The notes below the pieces were generated by a model that searched no databases, had not been told where the DNA came from, and saw nothing but the letters and a program-made list of their open reading frames with translations. Shown one piece after another: positions 9,095-16,057 of a stretch of DNA of 18,100 nt (positions are counted from its first letter, which is position 1; the number at the start of each line of letters is the position of its first letter). The stretch covers positions 1-18,100 of the forward strand of contig CAZFOR010000023.1 of NCBI GenBank assembly GCA_964520895.1, read 5' to 3'. This DNA is from an uncultured Eubacteriales bacterium. Its GTDB lineage: Bacteria; Bacillota; Clostridia; TANB77; SIG350. Position numbers and translations under genes: made by a program.

Positions 9095-9166
9095 ACATTA
9101 TATACAAATTTTTTTATATCAATTTCAAATAATTAATCTATTTTATGTTTTTTAAAAATTAAACAT

Positions 9167-9191
9167 AAAAAAAGAGGTGATTTCTCACCTC
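9167..9191 (-). terminator. Rho-independent terminator downstream of the ABC transporter gene
   Basis: Minus strand GAGGTGA-GAAA-TCACCTC followed by T7 (plus 9174-9180 / 9185-9191; A-run 9167-9173). A second perfect 10-bp AT-rich inverted repeat (9141-9150 / 9161-9170) follows immediately. Confidence 0.8.
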
Positions 9192-9200
9192 CCCGAAAAC

Positions 9201-10889
9201 CTAACTAATAACAGTCTTGACTTCCGTAATAGTATTAAAGTCAATTGTGTCATCAATTAAATCTTCTACCCAAGAATACTGATGTGTCGCAAGCATTACG
9301 AAACGCTGTTTGTCTGAGTTACAATAATCTTTTATGAATTTAACTATTTTAACTCCTGTTTCTCTATCAACGTTTCCAATTGGCTCATCAAATAGAAGTA
9401 AATCAACAGATTCATCTAATTGATAAAGCACCCTTGCCAGCAGTACCCTTTGGTCTAAACCAGTACTCAAATCAGTTTTATACGAATTTTTTAAATAACT
9501 AATTAAGTCCTGATTGCTTGTATTTGCCTTCATTGAAAAATTTTCGTAAAGACAAACACCTTTTAAAATATCAACTAACTTTTCTTCATCCTCCTCTGTT
9601 GCTAGTGTAATTTCATCGTAGAGGCTTTTTGTACCTAATCTAGCCTCTTTGAAATACTTTATGGCAGAAATGTTATACCCAATATCTCCTATTTCTCCAA
9701 CAAGTAAATCTATTAATGTCGACTTTCCTGCACCACTTTTACCATTAAGAAGAGTTAAGTTACCTTTTTTAATAGTAATTTCTTTGCTATTTTCTAAAGA
9801 AAAATTCGAGTATTTATGCTCAAACTTACTGATAACTAATGTGTCATCTTTTATTTCCTTTAATCTTTTCTCCACTTCATCATTGTATTCATTCATAATA
9901 AGTGAAAAGTTTACATACTTCTCATCTAATTCTATCTTTGACTTTACCAAATTAGAAAATAATTTTATGAATGAACTAACACTTGATAACACTCTACTAT
10001 ATATAGTAGAAATTGCAACTATGGACAAAAACTCGCCTGGTGTAAATTGACCAATACCTTTCTCAAAAAATGAAATTAATACCACTGCTATGATACTAAT
10101 TGATAGCATCATAGATTCAATAAAATTATTTTTTGAGTGTGCCTTAAAGAACTTAAAATTGATAATTAGAAAACGCTTATTTGAGCTACAGAAATTTTCA
10201 GCCATATAATTTTGATGTACATTGTTTATAGGTTCAATTTGCAATAAATCTTGTGTCGCATTGTTCAAAATAGTTCTTTCATTTTCCCTTTCTTTAGAGG
10301 TTTTACTAGCCTTTTTACAATTATCGTATGATAGCATTATAGTCATTAAAACACAAATGACAATAACAATAAATAGCAATGAAGAATTTTCTACTTTACT
10401 AATTGATACTTTCATTAAGCCAATAAAAGATATACAAAATACAATTGCATTAATAATAAAATTTAAAATTCCAATTATCATTTTGTAGTAATCCTCCAAA
10501 TAGACTTTTAGCACATTAAGTATATTTGCTGTACTAAAAACTATTCCGTCTTTATCCTTTACTTTTCTTCTTGTCTTTGATAAAACTCTTATTGCCTTAC
10601 TATTAATGTCATTATCTTTTTCAATTCCTGATTTATTTGCTAGTTTTTCAGTTGATAAAGATAAAAAATCAGTAATAACATCCTGAAGTAAATACACTCC
10701 AAACAAGATTAGACCCAAAATAACATTTCCTGCATTTATTTGCTCAGTTGCTCCATTTAGCAAAAAAACAAACAACTGCCTAACTAATGATGATAAACCT
10801 CCTAATACTAATAAAATAAGTTGATACTTTTTTAACTCTCTTGACATTTTCAAAACGTCATCTTTGCCGGCCGAGAAAAACTTTCTCAT
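9201..10889 (-). CDS. Fused ABC transporter permease/ATP-binding protein (exporter architecture, divergent)
   Basis: 562 aa. The N-terminal ~330 aa contain several hydrophobic helices. The C-terminal NBD has Walker A GKSGAGKST, a degenerate signature LSTGLDQ, Walker B LLLFDEP and an H-loop LATHQ. RBS AAAGGAGGCATTTAA-ATG. Confidence 0.85.
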   Translation of the reverse strand: MRKFFSAGKDDVLKMSRELKKYQLILLVLGGLSSLVRQLFVFLLNGATEQINAGNVILGLILFGVYLLQDVITDFLSLSTEKLANKSGIEKDNDINSKAIRVLSKTRRKVKDKDGIVFSTANILNVLKVYLEDYYKMIIGILNFIINAIVFCISFIGLMKVSISKVENSSLLFIVIVICVLMTIMLSYDNCKKASKTSKERENERTILNNATQDLLQIEPINNVHQNYMAENFCSSNKRFLIINFKFFKAHSKNNFIESMMLSISIIAVVLISFFEKGIGQFTPGEFLSIVAISTIYSRVLSSVSSFIKLFSNLVKSKIELDEKYVNFSLIMNEYNDEVEKRLKEIKDDTLVISKFEHKYSNFSLENSKEITIKKGNLTLLNGKSGAGKSTLIDLLVGEIGDIGYNISAIKYFKEARLGTKSLYDEITLATEEDEEKLVDILKGVCLYENFSMKANTSNQDLISYLKNSYKTDLSTGLDQRVLLARVLYQLDESVDLLLFDEPIGNVDRETGVKIVKFIKDYCNSDKQRFVMLATHQYSWVEDLIDDTIDFNTITEVKTVIS

Positions 10890-10926
10890 TTAAATGCCTC
10901 CTTTAAAATTATTTGTTTACATAATT

Positions 10927-10955
10927 ATTGTATCATTTATTTATAGCTTTTGCAA
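10927..10955 (-). promoter_or_regulatory. Candidate sigma-A promoter for the ABC transporter gene
   Basis: Minus strand TTGCAA (10955-10950), a 17-nt spacer, then TG-A-TACAAT (hexamer 10932-10927). Confidence 0.45.
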
Positions 10956-10987
10956 TTATATGGTCACTATTTTAGTATAAGTAGTCA

Positions 10988-11040
10988 AAAAAAATAGACA
11001 AAAGTACAAATCATACTTTCATCTATTTGATATTATTATA
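10988..11040 (-). repeat. 53-bp direct repeat, copy 1 (contains a terminator-like hairpin plus U-run)
   Basis: 52/53 identical to 12388-12440, offset exactly 1400 bp; the single mismatch is 11006 C vs 12406 T, in the loop. Arms 10993-11005 / 11013-11025 pair 5 bp + 2-nt mismatch + 6 bp. On the minus strand the hairpin is followed by a T-run. It lies 6 nt past the reconstructed ATPase stop. Confidence 0.9.
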
Positions 11041-11046
11041 TATTCA

Positions 11047-12266
11047 CCTAGTTATTAGTAAAAAGATTATCTTCTAATAAAAAATCAATAATATTTTTAT
11101 GAATAATCCCATTTTGGCTATAATTTATTTTATCCATTGTTATAACATATTTAGGATAATTATCATCTATTCCGCTTGTATGCTCCAAACTCTCTTTTAA
11201 TTACATCATCACTAGATAAGTAATCTGCAACTTGTATATATATCCTTTCACCAAAATTATCTATTATAAAATCTATTTCTCCTTTATCTGTCTTACCTAT
11301 ATATACTTCATATCCTCTAGCTATTAATTCATTATATACTATATTTTCTAATCTTCCTCCTGTTTTTTTCTCAACTGGAGATTTTTTTAATTGTAACAAA
11401 CCTAAATCTGTTAAATAATATTTTTCTAATGTAGCCATTACATTCTTTCCACGTATATCATATCTATTTACTTTATTTATGATAAGAGAATTATTTATAT
11501 ATCCAATATAATTTAAAATTGTATCTGCAGTAGTTGATATTTTTTCACTTTTTAAATATTTTGTTATTGAATTAGCAGAAATAACACCACCTATATTTTC
11601 CATAATAAACTGTATTATTCTATTTAAAAGGTTTATATCTTTTATTTTACTTCTTTCAACTATATCAACTAAGATTATTGTATTATATAAATCTTTTAAG
11701 TATAATTTTCTTTCTTGATTACTTTGTGTATTAAATATTTGTGGCATTCCACCCCACTGAATATATTCTAAAAACTCCTTATCTTTATCTAACAATTCCC
11801 CTTTTTCTTTTTCTAATTCTAAAAACTCCTTAAAAGTAAATGGCATCATTTTAATACTAATATATCTGCCAGATAAATGTGTTGCAAGTTCTCCTGATAA
11901 TAATTTACTATTAGAACCAGTAATAAATATACTTGCATTTAATGTAGCCCTAAATGAATTTACTACTTTTTCAAATTCATTTACATTTTGTATTTCATCA
12001 AAAAATAAATAGTATTTTTTTTCATCTTTTATAAGTGATTTAATGTAACTATGAAATTTCTTTGGCTCAGTATAATCTATATAATCATAATCTTCAAAAT
12101 TGATATAAATTATATGACTATCTTGTATTCCTTTCTCTTTTAATTCATTAATTATTTGATTTAATAAAACTGATTTTCCTGAACGCCTTACTCCTACGAT
12201 TACTTTAATTAACTCACTATCAAAAAACGGTCTTATTTTACTTAAATACATTTCTCTCTTAATCAT
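11047..12266 (-). pseudogene. AAA ATPase of the AAA_14/DUF4143 (COG1373) type, disrupted by two +1 frameshifts near the 3' end
   Basis: Start ATG at 12266 (MIKREMYLSKIRPF...) with RBS AAGGAG 9 nt upstream. Walker A GVRRSGKS, Walker B YYLFFDEIQ. The ORF stops at 11163 (..REFGAYKRNR*). The next frame then reads (G)IDDNYPKYVITMDKINYSQNGII and stops at 11096. The third frame reads HKNIIDFLLEDNLFTNN*, with its stop at 11047-11049. These match the conserved family C-terminus as I recall it. 1220 nt = 3n+2. Confidence 0.85.
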
Positions 12267-12387
12267 ACTATTCAGCTCCTTTAATATATAATAACATATA
12301 TTATATATTATGTCAAACTTTTTCCATTTATACTCGAAAAATTTTTGGTTTTTTATTTTTTTTCGAGTTAGTAAATATTTCGTGTGT

Positions 12388-12440
12388 AAAAAATAGACAA
12401 AAGTATAAATCATACTTTCATCTATTTGATATTATTATAT
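12388..12440 (-). repeat. 53-bp direct repeat, copy 2 (terminator-like hairpin 11 nt downstream of the PP-loop gene stop)
   Basis: See copy 1. The same hairpin is present (12393-12405 / 12413-12425), followed on the minus strand by T5-6. Confidence 0.9.
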
Positions 12441-12451
12441 CCATATTTAGC

Positions 12452-13840
12452 CTATCTATGCATCGTATATTTCTTTTTTAATACTTCTAAATAAATATCA
12501 GGTACTAAGTTTTCATTATTAAAATATGTATCATAATTTTCATTTACAACATAATTTTGTATATAATCATAATATTTAGAAACTAATATTGGTAAAGCTT
12601 TTATATCATTACTACTTATATATTTTTTAAGTGCATAAATAATCTCATCTTTTGTTCCAACACATTCAAAAGGTTTTTCTATTTCTAGCCCTATTAATTT
12701 TCTAAACTCTAATTCTAATTGTATATCCTCTAACATATTTTTATTAAATATTTCATTTAATTTATCTTTTTGTAAAAATGGTGAAAGTAAAATATATACA
12801 AATACACATTTCGGACATTTCCCACACCAAATATTTTGCTTTATACCTGCATTACAACTTCTAAATATATTTAAATATTTATCATATTTTACTAATTGTT
12901 TTGTGATTTGATACTCACTAATTGGTCTTAATAAACTAAAATATTTAATTTTATCAGTAAAATATTTACTAGTATAATCATTAAAGTCTTGTTCAAATTC
13001 AAAACTTTTTGAATATTGATGGTTTATATTTGTACCTTCAATATTTCCTTCATTACTACTAGATTCATTTGATAAAACAATATATTCTTTACCAAGCAAT
13101 ATTGCTGATAAAAAACTTACAAAAGCTATCATACTAGATATTGGAACATGACCATTTATATATCCTTTTTCATTTAACTCAAATAACTTAGTATCTAAAT
13201 TTCTATCTACCTCAAATGTATCTTTCTCATCAAATCCAGCTACTTTGCATGTATCATATGATGCCTGTCTTTTATGATAAAACATAAACGGAGTGTTTTC
13301 ATATTGTTTTAATAATTCTAATGTAACAATACTATCTTTTCCACCACCTATTGGTATTAAGTTTCCGTTATATTCATATTTATTAAAATCAATATTATTG
13401 AAGCTGCCTTTTAACTCTTTATTTGATATTATTGATATAAAATCATCTATTTCTATATGTTCAAATCCATTTAAATATCTTAATTCACCTAATCCGTTAT
13501 ATATAAGTTTTTGCCACCATTTTGTTTGATAATCATCTAAATATCCACATTCAACATTAAATACCTTGCTACATGTTGTTTTATAGTAACTTATTGCCTC
13601 TGCAATTCCTATATTAAAAATACACATCTTAGATATATCTGAATATATATCAACCATAAAACCTTTTTGTATTTTGTTAATATATATTTTATTATTAAAT
13701 TCAATTTTATTATCCAATGAATATATAAATACTATTTCATATTTATTATCTAACTCGTTAATTATATAGTCTTTATATATAAACTCTTTATATTCACTTC
13801 TTAAATTATTAAACTTTTCTAAATTATTTATTTTATCCAT
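12452..13840 (-). CDS. PP-loop (N-type ATP pyrophosphatase) superfamily protein with C-terminal Cys cluster, function unknown
   Basis: ORF 12452..13855 begins at TTG. The preferred start is the ATG at 13840 (MDKINNLEK...), 6 nt after AAAGGA. PP-loop-like motif IPIGGGKDSIVT at ORF residues 167-178 (nt 13331-13348 for GGGKDS). Cys cluster C334-x9-C344-x2-C347-x2-C350 (nt 12806-12856). The ~165-aa N-terminal domain has no motif I recognise. Confidence 0.7.
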   Translation of the reverse strand: MDKINNLEKFNNLRSEYKEFIYKDYIINELDNKYEIVFIYSLDNKIEFNNKIYINKIQKGFMVDIYSDISKMCIFNIGIAEAISYYKTTCSKVFNVECGYLDDYQTKWWQKLIYNGLGELRYLNGFEHIEIDDFISIISNKELKGSFNNIDFNKYEYNGNLIPIGGGKDSIVTLELLKQYENTPFMFYHKRQASYDTCKVAGFDEKDTFEVDRNLDTKLFELNEKGYINGHVPISSMIAFVSFLSAILLGKEYIVLSNESSSNEGNIEGTNINHQYSKSFEFEQDFNDYTSKYFTDKIKYFSLLRPISEYQITKQLVKYDKYLNIFRSCNAGIKQNIWCGKCPKCVFVYILLSPFLQKDKLNEIFNKNMLEDIQLELEFRKLIGLEIEKPFECVGTKDEIIYALKKYISSNDIKALPILVSKYYDYIQNYVVNENYDTYFNNENLVPDIYLEVLKKKYTMHR

Positions 13841-13918
13841 AATATATCCTTTCAATTATATATAATATATATTTATTTTCTATTTAATATATTATCACAA
13901 AAAAATACTAAAGTACAA

Positions 13919-13952
13919 TAAAAAAGAGAATTTTAATAAAATCAAATTCTCT
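13919..13952 (-). terminator. Rho-independent terminator after sigF
   Basis: Minus strand AGAGAATTT-(10-nt loop)-AAATTCTCT followed by TTTTTT (arms 13925-13933 / 13944-13952). Confidence 0.75.
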
Positions 13953-13962
13953 TTTCAGGTTA

Positions 13963-14676
13963 CTATATTTTTTGTTTAAAATCTTCTAATATTTTTTTTT
14001 CTATTCTACTAACTTGTACTTGAGATATTCCTAGAATCTTGCTTATCTCAGTTTGAGTTTTCTGCCTATAATATCTAAGCAATATTATTTGTTTATCTCT
14101 ATCATTCAAATTATTTATCATATTTTTAACTAAAATAGTATTTGTAGACACTTCTTGTTCATCAATATTTGTTGATAACATATCTAAAACAGTATTATTA
14201 TCCTCATCATTACCTATTGTATTTTCAATATATTCAGGCTTATAGTTGCATTCCATAGCTTCTATTATATCATCAATAGGAACTTCTAATTGTTTTGATA
14301 ATTCACTAATTGTAATTTCTTTACCATATTGATTCAAATACCTTTGTTTACAATCATATATTTTATAACTTAATTCTTTTATACTTCTACTGACTTTAAT
14401 AATTCCGTCATCTCGTATAAACCTTTTTATTTCTCCCATTATAACTGGAACTAAATAGGTTGATAATTTAGTATTAAAATCAAAATTAAAATTTCTTATA
14501 CCTTTTATAAACCCTTCACAACCTATTTGAAACAAATCTTCTTTTTCATAATCTCTATTACTAAATTTTTTTACTATATTCCATACTAATTTTATATTTT
14601 CATCTAATAGTTTTGACATTGCTTCTTTATTTCCATTTTGTGCTTTTAGAATAGTCAATCTTAAATCTCTAGTCAT
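13963..14676 (-). CDS. sigF: Sporulation sigma factor sigma-F (SpoIIAC)
   Basis: 237 aa, the third gene of the spoIIA operon. Region 2 DLFQIGCEGFIKGIRNFN...STYLVPVIMGEIKRFIRDDGIIKVSRS and region 4 TQTEISKILGISQVQVSRIEKKIL are near-identical to the Bacillus SigF blocks. RBS AAAGAGGAGATTTTGGC-ATG. Confidence 0.94.
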   Translation of the reverse strand: MTRDLRLTILKAQNGNKEAMSKLLDENIKLVWNIVKKFSNRDYEKEDLFQIGCEGFIKGIRNFNFDFNTKLSTYLVPVIMGEIKRFIRDDGIIKVSRSIKELSYKIYDCKQRYLNQYGKEITISELSKQLEVPIDDIIEAMECNYKPEYIENTIGNDEDNNTVLDMLSTNIDEQEVSTNTILVKNMINNLNDRDKQIILLRYYRQKTQTEISKILGISQVQVSRIEKKILEDFKQKI

Positions 14677-14720
14677 GCCAAAATCTCCTCTTTTGTAAAA
14701 TTTATTTAATTAAATATGTA

Positions 14721-15146
14721 TTACTCTTTTTGTGATATTTTCTTTTTCATAATTACTTTTGTACCTAGTTTTAAATTAGATTCAATTTCTAATTCATCCA
14801 TAAAGCTCTCCATTATTGTAAATCCCATACCAGATCTTTCTAAGTCAGGTTTTGATGTGTATAATGCTTGTCTTGCTAAATTAATATTTTCAATTCCTTT
14901 ACCTTTATCTGATATTTCAATTTCAATTGTTTTATCAATTATTTTACATACAATAGTTATAACACCTTCCATGTTTTCATATCCATGTATTATTGAGTTT
15001 GTTACAGCTTCTGATACAGCAGTTTTTATATCAGCCATTTGATCAATAGTAGGATCTAATTGTGCTGCAAATGCTGAAACTGCAATTCTTGCAAATGATT
15101 CATTATTTGATTTACTTAAAAATTCTAGTTTCATTATATTTTCCAT
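14721..15146 (-). CDS. spoIIAB: Anti-sigma F factor / serine kinase SpoIIAB
   Basis: 141 aa with SpoIIAB blocks [33 protein letters not shown] (N-box), DKGKGIENI (G1) and [16 protein letters not shown] (G2). The ATG lies 2 nt after the reconstructed spoIIAA stop, with RBS AAGGGGG. Confidence 0.93.
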   Translation of the reverse strand: MENIMKLEFLSKSNNESFARIAVSAFAAQLDPTIDQMADIKTAVSEAVTNSIIHGYENMEGVITIVCKIIDKTIEIEISDKGKGIENINLARQALYTSKPDLERSGMGFTIMESFMDELEIESNLKLGTKVIMKKKISQKE

Positions 15147-15148
15147 TT

Positions 15149-15494
15149 TTACCCCCTTACACTGCTTAATATTGCATCATCTTCGTTTTGATATAAATCA
15201 ATAATCTTAAATATACCTGACATTTCAAATATTCTTTTAACATTATCATTAACATTTATCAAACATAACTTACCATTGTTTCTAATTATATTTTTATATC
15301 TCCCGAAGTATCATTCCTATTCCTGAACTATCCATAAATTCCACTTGTTGTAAATCAAAGATTAATTTCTTAGGTTTGTATTTATTAATTTCAAAATCAC
15401 TCCTTCTTTTAATATACTCACAACTATGATGATCAATGTCATCTAACAACTTAATTATAATTATATTACTAGCCTTGTCCATTTTTATTTCCAT
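15149..15494 (-). pseudogene. spoIIAA: Anti-anti-sigma F factor SpoIIAA (STAS domain), interrupted by a +1 frameshift
   Basis: ORF 15294..15494 gives 66 aa ending ..FMDSSGIGMILREI*. Shifting one base at 15303-15305 gives 51 further codons, [51 protein letters not shown], which is the conserved SpoIIAA C-terminal half. The locus is 346 nt = 3n+1. RBS GAGGGGGAAAAGC-ATG. Confidence 0.88.
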
Positions 15495-15709
15495 GCTTTT
15501 CCCCCTCTCTCATACATACTAAATACAATCTTTCTATATCTATTCCTTCATAGAAAAATGTTATATTTTGTAATAAATATGACATAATATGATAAATAAT
15601 TATGTCATTCAAGATATTTCTATTTGGTTCCACAAAACTGATAATTATGGTACTTTATATTTAAATTTAAAAAATATTTAAGAAAATTAAATCAATTTTA
15701 TATTAAAAC

Positions 15710-15738
15710 TTGTATTTATTTTTTATTTATGCTAAAAT
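15710..15738 (+). promoter_or_regulatory. Candidate sigma-A promoter for rpmB
   Basis: TTGTAT (15710-15715), a 17-nt spacer, then TG-C-TAAAAT (hexamer 15733-15738), about 38 nt upstream of the rpmB ATG. Confidence 0.5.
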
Positions 15739-15776
15739 AGTATGGCAATGTTAAAAAAAACTAAGGAGGTGCTATT

Positions 15777-15962
15777 ATGGCAAAATGTGAAGTATGTGGA
15801 AAAGGTAAAGTGTTTTTTAAACAAGTAAGTCATTCACATAAAATATCAAGCAAAGCTTGGAAACCAAATTTAAGAACTGTTAAAACTTTAGTAAATGGAG
15901 AAAACAAAAAAATAACTATGTGTGCTAAATGTTTAAGAACAAGTAAATTACAAAAAAACTAA
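15777..15962 (+). CDS. rpmB: 50S ribosomal protein L28
   Basis: 61 aa, MAKCEVCGKGKVFFKQVSHSHKISSKAWKPNLRTVKTLVNGENKKITMCAKCLRT, matching the L28 pattern (CxxCGKG..G..VSHS...T.R.W.PNL..V....NG....V.C..CL). RBS AAGGAGGTGCTATT-ATG. Confidence 0.94.
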   Translation: MAKCEVCGKGKVFFKQVSHSHKISSKAWKPNLRTVKTLVNGENKKITMCAKCLRTSKLQKN

Positions 15963-15970
15963 TAAAATTT

Positions 15971-15993
15971 ACACCTTAATTGGTGTTTTTTTT
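15971..15993 (+). terminator. Weak rho-independent terminator after rpmB
   Basis: ACACC-TTAATT-GGTGT followed by T7. Confidence 0.55.
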
Positions 15994-16011
15994 ATTTATA
16001 TTGAAAGACAC

Positions 16012-16053
16012 AAAAAAACAGAAGATAAATTCTCTTAAAATCTTCTGTTTTTT
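16012..16053. terminator. Bidirectional rho-independent terminator between rpmB and the convergent GHKL kinase gene
   Basis: A7-ACAGAAGAT-(13-nt loop)-ATCTTCTGT-T5 (arms 16018-16026 / 16040-16048). A- and T-runs flank both sides. Confidence 0.8.
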
Positions 16054-16057
16054 ATTG

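Noticed and set aside
9649-10488. Plus-strand ORFs 9649..10050 and 10222..10488, opposite the ABC transporter gene
   Set aside because: They are antisense to a gene with clear Walker A/B and TM segments, and carry no independent signals.
12267-12413. N-terminal 49-codon extension of the ATPase ORF
   Set aside because: It runs through the promoter-like region and into the 53-bp repeat/terminator. Homologous ATPases begin at MxxRxxYL..., which coincides with the RBS-preceded ATG at 12266.
13293-15042. Plus-strand ORFs 13293..13529 and 14716..15042
   Set aside because: They are antisense to the PP-loop gene and to spoIIAB respectively, and are shadow ORFs.
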